From positions 1 through 64,000 of IMG/VR virus record IMGVR_UViG_3300020048_000036: a stretch of DNA of 64,000 bases. One strand, written 5' to 3'. Both the position numbers and the translations under genes were made by a program. Shown here piece by piece: positions 8,977 through 18,872 of this stretch. Below the pieces are notes generated by a model, which saw only the letters and a list, made by a program, of their open reading frames with translations, was not told the DNA's origin and made no database searches. This DNA is from a virus. How positions within the stretch are numbered: position 1 is the first letter of the stretch; each line of letters begins with the position of its first letter.

Positions 8977-9976
8977 TTTGCTCCGTTATTTCAAATGTGC
9001 GGTTAAACAAATCTTTTTCGTATTCTGGGTTATCTTTAATAAATTGTATAACGGATTCAATACCCTGTCCTAATTTAATGTCTGCTTGGGGGTCAGAGTA
9101 CCAAGCACCCTTACGTACTACCAATTCTTTTTCACAAGCTAAAGTAGCTAGTTCTACAGCCTTATCAAAACCTTGCTCGTAGAAGTAAGGAACTGTAATT
9201 GATTTACTTACTGCTGATGCGGAAATCTTTGTCTTAATAAGTTTGTATGTTACAGTACGTCCTAGTTCAGGCTTATCTTTAAGTGCAGATGAAGAACAAC
9301 GGATACGAAGCAAAGCGTAAAACTTCAAAGAGTTCCCGCCAGTTGTAGTTTCGGGATTTCCGTACATTACGTTAAGCTTTTCCCTGATTTGATTTATAAA
9401 TACAAGGCATGTTCCTGTACGTTTTACAATACCCTTAATTTTACGAAGACCTTGCGACATCAACAAGGCTTGTTTCCCCATCTTACTTTCACCAAACTCA
9501 CCTTCCAACTCTGCTAATGGTAGCATTGCTGCAACACTATCAATAAGTACCATTCCCATTTCACCCGTTGAAATCAAATCTTCTGCAAGGGTAAATGTTT
9601 CTTCGGTGGTTTCGGGTTGTGCAAAAATAAGTTTCTCAAAGTTAATTCCTATCTTTTTCGCAAGGGATTGGTCAAAGGCTTGCTCTGTGTCCAATATTGC
9701 ACAAACTTTACCAGTCTCTTCTTGACATTGCTTGATAGCATAAAGTGCCGTAGTGGTTTTCATACTAGCTTCTGGTCCATACAACTCTACAATACCTCCT
9801 TTAGGAAAACCTTTTGCTTTGTTACCCCCAATCAACATATTTAAAGACAATATACCAGTAAGGGTTGTTTCTATATTTGAAGATGTGTTTTCCGACAAAA
9901 GGGAAATTGACCCGTTTCCGTGGTCTTTCCTATATTTTGCCATAACATCTTGGTAATTCAATTTCTTATCTGACAT
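8963..9976 (-). CDS. recA: RecA/UvsX recombinase
   Basis: IVELYGPEASMKTT, VLIDSVAAM, FINQIREK, GNPETTTGGNSLKFYA. Confidence 0.97.
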   Translation of the reverse strand: MSDKKLNYQDVMAKYRKDHGNGSISLLSENTSSNIETTLTGILSLNMLIGGNKAKGFPKGGIVELYGPEASMKTTTALYAIKQCQEETGKVCAILDTEQAFDQSLAKKIGINFEKLIFAQPETTEETFTLAEDLISTGEMGMVLIDSVAAMLPLAELEGEFGESKMGKQALLMSQGLRKIKGIVKRTGTCLVFINQIREKLNVMYGNPETTTGGNSLKFYALLRIRCSSSALKDKPELGRTVTYKLIKTKISASAVSKSITVPYFYEQGFDKAVELATLACEKELVVRKGAWYSDPQADIKLGQGIESVIQFIKDNPEYEKDLFNRTFEITEQNVEV

Positions 9977-9983
9977 AGTTGGT

Positions 9984-10262
9984 TTATAAAAAGTTTTTTG
10001 AAAGGTTGATTAACAATTCTGTTGCTTGAAAACATTGCACCCTTATTTTATAGCAGGATAAAAGGAAATCCTTTATTTGTTGTTCGTTTTGTTTGAACTG
10101 TTTTTCCGAGAGTTCTTCGTAGGTCACACCCGCAATAACACACTCCATGTAATCCTCGAAGAACATTTCCTCTACTGCGTGTTCTGGTGTGCTATATTGG
10201 TTTTCTTCTTGCATGTTTCCGTTTGTTGGGACAAATATAAAACTAATTTCTGACAATTCCAA
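9984..10262 (-). CDS. Hypothetical protein
   Basis: 92-aa ORF (TTG start) downstream of the promoter at 10297-10345. Confidence 0.65.
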   Translation of the reverse strand: MELSEISFIFVPTNGNMQEENQYSTPEHAVEEMFFEDYMECVIAGVTYEELSEKQFKQNEQQIKDFLLSCYKIRVQCFQATELLINLSKNFL

Positions 10263-10296
10263 ATTTATTGGTAACTATTTTTCAGATTTTGTTATT

Positions 10297-10345
10297 CAAA
10301 GGTAAATAATTTATTTTACAATACCAAATCCCTTACAAATAGGTG
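10297..10345 (-). promoter_or_regulatory. Extended phage promoter driving the recA operon
   Basis: minus strand CACCTATTTGTAAGGGATTTGG-N19-TACCTTTGAA. Confidence 0.75.
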
Positions 10346-10359
10346 CTTTGATAAGAATG

Positions 10360-10376
10360 TTGATAACTTTTATCAA
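10360..10376. repeat. Perfect 7-3-7 palindrome TTGATAA-CTT-TTATCAA with a TTGATAACTTT direct repeat at 10381
   Basis: read directly; lies between divergent promoters. Confidence 0.85.
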
Positions 10377-10402
10377 AATATTGATAACTTTATTGCAAAA
10401 TA

Positions 10403-10434
10403 TTTGGTAATCTCAAAAATTAGTTTTATCTTCG
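10403..10434 (+). promoter_or_regulatory. Core promoter TTTGGTAATCTC...TATCTTCG, no ORF downstream
   Basis: near-duplicate of 10663-10694 with the same spacing. Confidence 0.6.
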
Positions 10435-10444
10435 TTGCCTCAAA

Positions 10445-10490
10445 GGGGAAAAAGGGAAAAGGGGGGTAGGGGGGATTTGGGATAAAGGGG
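10445..10490 (+). other. G-run cluster (six runs of 3 or more G), G-quadruplex-capable
   Basis: GGGG-A5-GGG-A4-G-run-TA-G-run-ATTT-GGG-ATAAA-GGGG in an AT-rich genome. Confidence 0.7.
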
Positions 10491-10662
10491 TGATTAAGTA
10501 TGAAAAGTTGTATGGATTGGTAGTATAAGTAAATAAGGGGGATGAGTATAGTGGGGTGGTTAGCTAATAGTATTAATAAGTATTATAACTTCTGTCCTAA
10601 GTGTGTCTTTTTGGCGAAAACTATAATGGAACGAAATTAGTTCAAAAATAGTTGAAGAAAAA

Positions 10663-10694
10663 TTTGGTAATCTCGAAAATAATGTTTATCTTTA
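10663..10694 (+). promoter_or_regulatory. Core promoter for the packaging operon
   Basis: TTTGGTAATCTC...TATCTTTA, 4 nt before ATG 10699. Confidence 0.75.
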
Positions 10695-10698
10695 CTTA

Positions 10699-11073
10699 AT
10701 GGAAGCAAAATACGTAAAAATATCTGTTCCCTCCAACTACTCTGACAAATTAGTGCTAATTCAAAAGGCACTTGATTTATACAAGATAGTAGTGGATTGC
10801 AAGATGACCCAAAGGGATAAGGATATGCTTACGCTTTGTTTCTTATATGATGTGAGTGAGCCTACCTTTTCGCAAAAAGTACTACAATCCAATTTCGGTA
10901 TCCGTTCAATTGAGAACGTGAATATAATGAAAAGCAGGTTAAAGGTTAAGGGCTTTATTGATACAGACCCCAAAACATACAAGAAGAGGCTTATTCCAGC
11001 TTTAACTTATCTCCGTAAAGCCATAATGGAAAACGATACAATAGATTTTAACATCAATTTTCAGAAAAAGTAA
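10699..11073 (+). CDS. Hypothetical protein, possible winged-helix DNA binder
   Basis: 124-aa ORF; helical basic pattern. Confidence 0.75.
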   Translation: MEAKYVKISVPSNYSDKLVLIQKALDLYKIVVDCKMTQRDKDMLTLCFLYDVSEPTFSQKVLQSNFGIRSIENVNIMKSRLKVKGFIDTDPKTYKKRLIPALTYLRKAIMENDTIDFNINFQKK

Positions 11074-11074
11074 C

Positions 11075-11482
11075 ATGGAATTTGAGGATAAGGTTTATTT
11101 TTTGGAAGATATACTTAATGAGCTTGAGAAAGATGGTTTTAATAAGGATATGGTAAGGGAGGGGTACTACTTATTTCGGGAAAGATTACTGAAAGACTTA
11201 GATACAACTGACAACCTGACATACAAACTCGGAACACTTGGAATGCTCCACTTTACATTAAGTTCACTTACAAGGTTAAAAGATTGGGCCAAAAGGATAA
11301 TAGAGAAGGGTGAAAGGGAAGGAATACCCGAAGAAATTGAGAGGGGAAAGAAAAAACTAACAAATATCATACAACGAAAGAAGTTGATGAACGAGAAAAT
11401 AAAAATAGCCCAGGAAAAAGGGATTAAGAATATACAGTTTTTTCGAGTAAGGTTCAACCCAAAAAACATAAAGAATGAATAA
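11075..11482 (+). CDS. Hypothetical protein, possibly HU/IHF-like
   Basis: helix-helix then KLGTLGMLHF strand; weak family call. Confidence 0.7.
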   Translation: MEFEDKVYFLEDILNELEKDGFNKDMVREGYYLFRERLLKDLDTTDNLTYKLGTLGMLHFTLSSLTRLKDWAKRIIEKGEREGIPEEIERGKKKLTNIIQRKKLMNEKIKIAQEKGIKNIQFFRVRFNPKNIKNE

Positions 11483-12131
11483 GATTAGGCCAAAGAGAAT
11501 AATTGAGGGATGGAAAAATACAATACTTGGAAACCATACAACAATTTCAGATACCCGTATAGAAACATGCAACGGTTGTCCAAATAATAAAGCAGGTGTA
11601 TGCAACATTTGCGGGTGTCCTTTAATAGCAAAGACAAAAGTAATGCAAGAGTTTTGTCCCATAGACAAATGGGACGACATAAAGAAAGTTCCAGATAAGG
11701 GAATAGCAATTAGGCTCCACGAGGTAAATAAAGCCAAAATAAGCGTAGAAGAGGGAATTGTGACAGTTACCCACAACAACACCTACAAAAGGAACGAGGC
11801 TCCCGAAAACACCTTAATAACACTTGATTTTATAAACGCTAGGGCCGACTTACCAAGTATAGTCAATAAAGACATCCCCCTTACCAATATCTACCTTAAA
11901 TATTGCGGGTGTTATGAAGTTAGGTTAAACGGGAAACAAGCGGACTCAAAAGAGAAATCCCACAAGGTACTAGATGATGCACAACATTTGATACTTACAT
12001 TCAAATACAATACAGCCCTTGACCCAAACGAATACTCAATGGAAAAAACAATCAAAGTAATAACAGACCAAGGAACGATACCAATTAAATTCATAGGACA
12101 AGTAAAAGAAGATGATAGAGCAGATTCGTAA
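11475..12131 (+). CDS. Cys-rich Zn-binding N-domain plus DUF1573-like Ig domain
   Basis: R..TCNGC...CNICGC....K......CP..KW; CGC and KTIKV.TD..TIPIKFIGQV. Confidence 0.7.
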   Translation: MNKIRPKRIIEGWKNTILGNHTTISDTRIETCNGCPNNKAGVCNICGCPLIAKTKVMQEFCPIDKWDDIKKVPDKGIAIRLHEVNKAKISVEEGIVTVTHNNTYKRNEAPENTLITLDFINARADLPSIVNKDIPLTNIYLKYCGCYEVRLNGKQADSKEKSHKVLDDAQHLILTFKYNTALDPNEYSMEKTIKVITDQGTIPIKFIGQVKEDDRADS

Positions 12132-12327
12132 AACCCAAATTGCGGAAAATTTGGCAAAATTAATACTACAAAATTCCGACCTTACTGTAAGTGAACTATT
12201 ATGCGCAGTATATAGGCGCAGGAATTTCACCAAACCTAACGAGGACGTGTTACACCTTACAGCTAATGACGAGGAGTTGTCTAGGGCTTTGGAAATCACT
12301 TTAAATGAACTTAAAGAACAAGAATAA
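12112..12327 (+). CDS. Hypothetical protein
   Basis: 71-aa ORF, coupled. Confidence 0.7.
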   Translation: MIEQIRKTQIAENLAKLILQNSDLTVSELLCAVYRRRNFTKPNEDVLHLTANDEELSRALEITLNELKEQE

Positions 12328-12695
12328 TGGAACAAGACAAAGGAATCCAATACCTTACAAACCTTGTAAGTGTAAACACGGAAATATACAACGAACTAGA
12401 AAAGTTCCTACCAAATCCCGAAGACAAGGACGTTTCTACCCCGTATATCAATACAATAGTAAATATGGGTCTTAACGAATGTGTGTTTAAGATAAGGGAA
12501 GCATCCAGGGCAGCAAGACAAATTTTCGCAATAGACCTAGAAATACAAGAGAACATACAACAAATCTTAAATGGTATACAACCCTCTTACTATATAAAGG
12601 ATAAAACACTTTACGTTGCGGAAGGAGTTACATTTAAAGAAGCAGTAGAACAAACCAAAGTTGCGGTAAACGAAAAGTTCAAAAACCCAAAGTAA
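12327..12695 (+). CDS. Hypothetical protein, candidate terminase small subunit by position only
   Basis: directly upstream of terL. Confidence 0.6.
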   Translation: MEQDKGIQYLTNLVSVNTEIYNELEKFLPNPEDKDVSTPYINTIVNMGLNECVFKIREASRAARQIFAIDLEIQENIQQILNGIQPSYYIKDKTLYVAEGVTFKEAVEQTKVAVNEKFKNPK

Positions 12696-14849
12696 TTGGA
12701 AATACCTAAAATAGCATACAAAGACTTTCTTTTAAACCAGAAAGAACCTACAAGGGATAGTCCAAAATATATTCCTTTTTGGGAAAAGCATATTGGATAT
12801 TGTAAATCGGGTGTGGATGTTGGTGGTGTTTATATTTCTGGTTGGTTATACTGGCATTTAAATTTCTTTTTTGTAGCACAAGATGAAGAAGACGATTGGG
12901 GTAACATACTATCAGTTGTAAATAGACCTCAATTAAGGGATAATGAGTGGTACATAGATTACTACCTTAATAAAGCTAAGGTAGAGGATAATAAACCTAT
13001 CATTGCTTTCGGTACAAGGAGATTTGGTAAGTCCGTATTTATGACTTCCAAAATAAGCTATAAAACATTTGTATTTCAAAACAGTACCTCCGTGGTTATG
13101 GGAGGCTCCAATCCTGATTTGAATAATATAGTTAAGTACTTTAACGGTTATTATCAAGCAAGACAAGATTGTTTCTCCGATATTATTAAAATCGGGGATT
13201 GGAATAAAGCTACATCTTCTGATGTAAAATTTGAGTTTAGTAAAGCCTCTCTAAAAAAGAATCCCGTAAATCCTATTTCATACAAATGGTTTCCTATTAA
13301 GGAGAAACCAAATGAAAGGTCTTTTAGTTACTCTTCTATAGCTACAAGAAACCTTGAACACGGTCATGTAACAAGTAAAGAAGAATTACTGGCAGGTTTA
13401 ACACCCCAAGATGCCATTTGGGATGAAATTGGTAAGTTTAAGTATTCCAAGCAAAGGTCTGCACTTTTACCCGCAATAACAAGTAAATATGGTAAGAAGA
13501 GGTTTGTAGAGGTACTTATGGGTACTGGTGGTAATATTGAGTATGCAGAGGATGCCCAAGAGGATTTTCTCTATACTGACAAATCTGATTTTTTACATTG
13601 TGACCCAGAGGAGTATAAAATCCATGTAAAACCAGAATATTTCCAATACACACAAAATTCCAACAAAAAAGTAGGTTTATTCGTACCTGCCCAGATGTCT
13701 ATGGAAGCAGGTCTAAAAGTAGAGATACCTCTTTCAGAATACCTTAATAGAGAATATACAAAAGAACAATTAAAAGACCTAGAAGGTTTTAACATATGGG
13801 TTACTGATTGGGAACATGCAGAAGTTAGGGTAAAGGCATATGTGGAAAATAAACAAAAAAAGAAAGATGAAGAAGGTATAAAAGCAAAAATGTACTATCC
13901 CTTCCAACCAGAGGAATGTTTTCTTGACCTTGCCAAAAATCCTTTTCCAGTAGAAGAAGCCCGTAAAAGGCAAGAGTATTTAAAAGAGAAAGGGCTTACG
14001 GGTGAGTATGTGGAACTTACCAGTAGTTCAGATGGGGTTATAAGTGTGGAATCATCTAATTTAAAAATTGTAGAAAATTATCCATATAAAGGAGGGGCAC
14101 ATGAAGCCCCTATAGTTATTTATGAGAGACCTATATTTGAGAACCCACGTTTAATTAAACACGGAACTTATGTAGCGGGATTTGACGGTGTGAAAATGGA
14201 AAGTTCAGCTATATCGGATTCTGTAAATGTGTTGTATATACATAAAAGGATAGCTGGTGTAAGTGGTTATAGGAACCAAATAGTAGCTTCTTTTGCAGGG
14301 AGACCTAATAGGGATGTGTCTTACTATAGACAAGCAATGTTATTGTTAAAGTTGTACAATGCAGAATGTTTACCTGAAAGTGATGTAAATTTTACTAAGT
14401 ACCTAAGAGCTAATAATTCGGATTATTTATTAGCTGCCGCCAAAGGAACTAATTTACGTATAAATTCAAATAGTTCCGCAACAGCAGATGTAGGACTACC
14501 TACAAATACAAGAAATAAACAACACCTATTTAAACTACTTAAAGATTACTGTTGGGAAGAGGTGGAATCAGGTGAACTAGATGAAAATGGTAATAGGATA
14601 ACGATATTAGGTGTTAATAGGATTCCAGACCCTATATTACTTGAGGAAATCATTAAGTTTGGTAACTTTAAGAACTACGATAGGATAATGGCTTATGGTC
14701 ATGCTTTGATATGGGATGAAGAATTAACTATTAATAATATTATTGGTTCTGATGAAAAAAAACAGGCACAAGTAACCCAACACAAAGTACGTAACGGTAG
14801 TCTTGGAAGGAATACAAAATACATGCGAAGAAGCAAATACAGAAGATAA
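12696..14849 (+). CDS. terL: Terminase large subunit
   Basis: Walker A GTRRFGKS, Walker B IWDEIGK, nuclease AGFDG and YDRIMAYGHAL; upstream of portal. Confidence 0.93.
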   Translation: MEIPKIAYKDFLLNQKEPTRDSPKYIPFWEKHIGYCKSGVDVGGVYISGWLYWHLNFFFVAQDEEDDWGNILSVVNRPQLRDNEWYIDYYLNKAKVEDNKPIIAFGTRRFGKSVFMTSKISYKTFVFQNSTSVVMGGSNPDLNNIVKYFNGYYQARQDCFSDIIKIGDWNKATSSDVKFEFSKASLKKNPVNPISYKWFPIKEKPNERSFSYSSIATRNLEHGHVTSKEELLAGLTPQDAIWDEIGKFKYSKQRSALLPAITSKYGKKRFVEVLMGTGGNIEYAEDAQEDFLYTDKSDFLHCDPEEYKIHVKPEYFQYTQNSNKKVGLFVPAQMSMEAGLKVEIPLSEYLNREYTKEQLKDLEGFNIWVTDWEHAEVRVKAYVENKQKKKDEEGIKAKMYYPFQPEECFLDLAKNPFPVEEARKRQEYLKEKGLTGEYVELTSSSDGVISVESSNLKIVENYPYKGGAHEAPIVIYERPIFENPRLIKHGTYVAGFDGVKMESSAISDSVNVLYIHKRIAGVSGYRNQIVASFAGRPNRDVSYYRQAMLLLKLYNAECLPESDVNFTKYLRANNSDYLLAAAKGTNLRINSNSSATADVGLPTNTRNKQHLFKLLKDYCWEEVESGELDENGNRITILGVNRIPDPILLEEIIKFGNFKNYDRIMAYGHALIWDEELTINNIIGSDEKKQAQVTQHKVRNGSLGRNTKYMRRSKYRR

Positions 14850-14854
14850 TCTGT

Positions 14855-14905
14855 ACACCTGTTTGTTAGGTTTTTGGTAAATACAAATATTCTAAGTATC
14901 TTGCA
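14855..14905 (+). promoter_or_regulatory. Extended phage promoter (portal)
   Basis: ACACCTGTTTGTTAGGTTTTTGG-N19-TATCTTGCA. Confidence 0.8.
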
Positions 14906-14928
14906 TCCAATTTCCGCTAAATAACACT

Positions 14929-17646
14929 ATGAACCAATTTAGTCTTAGAGACAATTCAAGGACAGTAGGCCCATATAGGCTCCCGCCACAAGCAATACCT
15001 AGCAACAAAAAGACCAAGGAATGGAAAAAAGCCTGTCTTGACCAGTTGGAGACTATTGGTTTGCGGGATATTGATGCAAACAGGGCTAGGTTTGAGGATG
15101 CGTATAGGATTATCGAGGGAAGCTATACATATTCTGATGTAGCTAATACTTCTTTGTTCCTAACGGAAGTAGACCACCTTAGAAGCCAAGCAGATGTAAC
15201 TGAAAACCTAGAACATTACGGTTTTATAGAACCACTAGTTAACCAACTTGTAGGTGAGTACATCAAAGAACCAAACCCCTCCGTAATCTATGCGGATGAC
15301 CCCCACTCTACCAATGATTTCCTTGATGCACAGACAAGTTTGCTTGAACAAAGCACAATGGCTGCTATCCAGCGTAGGATAGACCTTAAATTGGTTCAGA
15401 TGGGACTTGACCCCGCAAAGAACGATTTCGGTAGCGAAGAAGAGAAGCAACAATATATACAACAAATACAACAGGTTCAAAACGAGAATATACCCCAAGA
15501 AGTAAAACAAAAAATGACGAGTGAATACAAACCTCGTTATATATCTTGGGCAGAAAGCACACTAGAACAATCAGAGGTACGGTTCGCCTTGGACGAATTG
15601 TATAGGGACACGTTTAGGGACTTCCTAATAACTGGAAGGTGTTTTATACATTGGCGCATGGGACAAGATTATTACCGTCCCGAAAGGTGGTCAACCCTAG
15701 AAACGTTCACATCAGTAGACCAAGAAATAAAATATCCCGAACTAGGGGACTATGTTGGAAGGGTAAAATACCTTACTGGAAACCAAATCATAACCAATTA
15801 CGGGCAAAACCTTAGCGAGAAATTAAAGAAACAAATACTAAGGTCAGAGTACTATTCCGCAGGACTTCTTAATGGTACAAGCATATACAATACAAGAAAC
15901 TGGATGGAGCAAGGTGGGGGCGTAACTCAAATGGTCCCGCACAAACACCACATGGCTTATGAAAATGCAGGATACCTACAAGAACAAACAGGAATAAATT
16001 TTGGCTATACTGGATGGTTTAATAACCAAGCAAGTACATTAAGTTTCGGAAGCGGTCACAAAAGGGACGATTTAATACAAGTAACAGAGGCTTATTGGGT
16101 CTCTTACAAACGTGTAGGATACTTAACTTACCAAGACCCCGAAACACAAGAGATATTCAGGGAACTCGTAACGGATGATTTGCTCAAAGAAATCATCAAC
16201 GAATACAACATAAAACAAATCCGCACAAGAACACCAGAAGAATACATAAAAAACCCCGAAACAAATACCATTGTATGGGACTATGTTAAAGAAGTGAGGT
16301 ATGGTGTTAAAATAAAAGGTGACAATACAGACCTAGAAGAAGACCTATATATTGGTGGGGAACCTTTAGAATATCAGTTACGTGGGGAAAGCTCACTTTA
16401 TGATACATTACTTCCAGTAACGGGAATGGTAGAAAATACCTCCCTTGTATCCCGTGTAGACATAGACCAAATAGAATACTCTATGGCTATGAACATGGTA
16501 AGGGATTACATGTCAAAAGAACTTGGATTGTTCTTCCTTATGGACATGGCTTACATTCCTGAATTTATCAAAAATAATGGTGGGGAAGAAGCACTTGCGA
16601 AACTACTTGATGTTACAAGACAATTAGGATTACTACCAGTAGACTCTTCACAAGCCAAAGGTACTGCATTCAACCACTTCCAAATGGTTAATATGGACTT
16701 ATCTAAGGTAATGTTGGATAAGTTTATGCTTGCCGAACAGATTAAACGTAGGGCTTTTGCAAAAATAGGATTTACTCCCGAAAGAATGGGTATGCCTACA
16801 GAGCAGAAATCCGCAACAGGGGTAGTAGTAACAAACGATGCAAGTTTCGCCCAAACAGGGTTATGGTTTGATAAGTTTTCAAAATTCCACCAACGGAACT
16901 CCGAGATGTGCATAAATGTGTCACAGTGGGCACAGTTTATGGGTAAGGACATAACAGTAAATTACACTGATTCCGACAAGACACAACAGTTTATAAAACT
17001 GAACGACCCCAAACTACCAATGCGTAGGTTTAGGATATACCCGCAAAACAACGCTAAACGTAGGGCTGAACTTGAAACGCTTCGTCAAACATACTTCTCC
17101 GATAACACCATAGCCAAGGATTTGACTACAATGGCACAAGTAGTGCAGTCAGATTCCATTTCCAATATTATCAAGGCAGCTAGGTTGGGTAGGGAAACAG
17201 CGGAACTACAACAGGAACTTGCACAGAAACAACAACTACAACAAATAGAGGCCCAAAAGGTAGCTAGGATGGAGGAGAACGCTCAAATACATGAGTACGA
17301 AAAAGAAATTGTAGACCTTAAAGGTAGGATTTCCCTTAACGAAAAAGCAATAGTAGCCCTTGGTTTCGCCAAAGACCCTGATGCCAATTCCAACCAAACC
17401 CCTGATATAATAGACCAACTAAAGCTATCTATAGCCGACCTTGACCTACAATTCAGGACACGTACAAAGGAAGAAGAACTTAGGATGAAGCAAATCAATG
17501 ACGATAGGAAGTATATGACGGAACAGGAAAAGATAAACCTGAAACGTGAGGATATACAAGCTAGACGTGAGGCTTCCGAAAATGCGCTTCTTGTAGCCAA
17601 GACTAACAAGAACCGTTATGACTTCAAACAACCCGTGAAACAATAA
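14929..17646 (+). CDS. Portal protein (crAss-like)
   Basis: 905 aa, position between terL and MCP, long C-terminal coiled coil. Confidence 0.88.
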   Translation: MNQFSLRDNSRTVGPYRLPPQAIPSNKKTKEWKKACLDQLETIGLRDIDANRARFEDAYRIIEGSYTYSDVANTSLFLTEVDHLRSQADVTENLEHYGFIEPLVNQLVGEYIKEPNPSVIYADDPHSTNDFLDAQTSLLEQSTMAAIQRRIDLKLVQMGLDPAKNDFGSEEEKQQYIQQIQQVQNENIPQEVKQKMTSEYKPRYISWAESTLEQSEVRFALDELYRDTFRDFLITGRCFIHWRMGQDYYRPERWSTLETFTSVDQEIKYPELGDYVGRVKYLTGNQIITNYGQNLSEKLKKQILRSEYYSAGLLNGTSIYNTRNWMEQGGGVTQMVPHKHHMAYENAGYLQEQTGINFGYTGWFNNQASTLSFGSGHKRDDLIQVTEAYWVSYKRVGYLTYQDPETQEIFRELVTDDLLKEIINEYNIKQIRTRTPEEYIKNPETNTIVWDYVKEVRYGVKIKGDNTDLEEDLYIGGEPLEYQLRGESSLYDTLLPVTGMVENTSLVSRVDIDQIEYSMAMNMVRDYMSKELGLFFLMDMAYIPEFIKNNGGEEALAKLLDVTRQLGLLPVDSSQAKGTAFNHFQMVNMDLSKVMLDKFMLAEQIKRRAFAKIGFTPERMGMPTEQKSATGVVVTNDASFAQTGLWFDKFSKFHQRNSEMCINVSQWAQFMGKDITVNYTDSDKTQQFIKLNDPKLPMRRFRIYPQNNAKRRAELETLRQTYFSDNTIAKDLTTMAQVVQSDSISNIIKAARLGRETAELQQELAQKQQLQQIEAQKVARMEENAQIHEYEKEIVDLKGRISLNEKAIVALGFAKDPDANSNQTPDIIDQLKLSIADLDLQFRTRTKEEELRMKQINDDRKYMTEQEKINLKREDIQARREASENALLVAKTNKNRYDFKQPVKQ

Positions 17647-17686
17647 CAAGTTTTGTTAGGAATTAAATAACAACCCAAGAAACGTA

Positions 17687-17738
17687 TCACCTATTTGTTA
17701 GGTATTTGGTTTTTCCAATAATTGTTTTTATCTTTACA
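17687..17738 (+). promoter_or_regulatory. Extended phage promoter (scaffold/capsid)
   Basis: TCACCTATTTGTTAGGTATTTGG-N19-TATCTTTACA. Confidence 0.8.
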
Positions 17739-17760
17739 CCACCAAACCAACTGGTAATTT

Positions 17761-18846
17761 ATGTTAATAGAAAATAGTTCAAACCCATTTGCAAATCCCG
17801 AAGCATTTAGTCTTCAATTTTCCGATGACGGTGAAGAAACAGTAATAGTAGATAAAGAGGAAGAAAAACCTTCGCCAAAAAATCCCCTACAAGAAGAACC
17901 TAATAAGGAAAAAGAAGTAGAGGATATACTTGACCAAGTACTTACTATTAGTGACGAGGAAGTAGAAGAAGCAGCCAAGGAAACAAAAGCAGCTTTAAGC
18001 GGTGACGAGGATGACTTTGATTACACTGCAATTGCCAAGCAAAACGTAAAACTAGGTATTTGGTCTGATTATGAGGATTCAGATAACTTAGAACTTACAA
18101 AAGAAACTTTTACCCAACTTCTTGAATTACAAGAGAACAGCAAAAAGACAGAGATTGAAAAATCAATCCTTGATGCTCAACTTCCAGAAGAAAAAGAATA
18201 TTTCGAGTTCAAGAAAAACGGTGGCAACCTAGATTCTTACTATAAAGCCCGTCAAAGGCAACAAAATGTACAGAACCTAGATATTAACACTGACACAGGT
18301 AAACAGAACGCAGTATATACCTATTATAAGAATGTAGTGGGTTGGGATGAAGCAAGAATCCTAAAGCACATTGAAAAATCCATTAAAGACCTAGATATTG
18401 ACGAAGAGGCACAATACGCCTACGACAAAATCTCGGAAATGGTAAACAAGGAAAAAGAAGATTTGCTTGCCGCCCAAAAAGAGTTTGCTCTAAACAGGGA
18501 AAAACAAATCAACGAATACAAAGGAACCTTACGTGAAAAGATGAAGAGTTCCAACTTCGATTCTAACAAGATTAAAACCGCTATTGACTCTTTCACGAAA
18601 TACGATGAAACAGGATTAGCACCAATAGATAAGACCTTTATAGCTTTTAAAAGCGACCCTGAAAAAGCAGTAGAACTATGGAAATACCTAACAGACCCAG
18701 ATAAATACATACAAGAGGCAACAAAGAAATCAAAAGAGAAAGAATCCGAAAAGATATTCCTATCCCTTAAAGATGCAAAGAAATCAGATACAACATCCAA
18801 TAAACCAATAACCTTAACCAAAAAGAATACATCACCCTTTACATAA
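17761..18846 (+). CDS. Scaffold-like acidic coiled-coil protein
   Basis: acidic N-terminus, KNGGN, position between portal and MCP as in crAss-like phages. Confidence 0.7.
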   Translation: MLIENSSNPFANPEAFSLQFSDDGEETVIVDKEEEKPSPKNPLQEEPNKEKEVEDILDQVLTISDEEVEEAAKETKAALSGDEDDFDYTAIAKQNVKLGIWSDYEDSDNLELTKETFTQLLELQENSKKTEIEKSILDAQLPEEKEYFEFKKNGGNLDSYYKARQRQQNVQNLDINTDTGKQNAVYTYYKNVVGWDEARILKHIEKSIKDLDIDEEAQYAYDKISEMVNKEKEDLLAAQKEFALNREKQINEYKGTLREKMKSSNFDSNKIKTAIDSFTKYDETGLAPIDKTFIAFKSDPEKAVELWKYLTDPDKYIQEATKKSKEKESEKIFLSLKDAKKSDTTSNKPITLTKKNTSPFT

Positions 18847-18872
18847 AAAAAACATCACACTAATAGTACAAC

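Noticed and set aside
12693-12698. In-frame TAA-TTG junction giving a TerS-TerL readthrough fusion
   Set aside because: TAA is an efficient stop, and abutting stop-start junctions are common here (31635/31636, 28088/28089)
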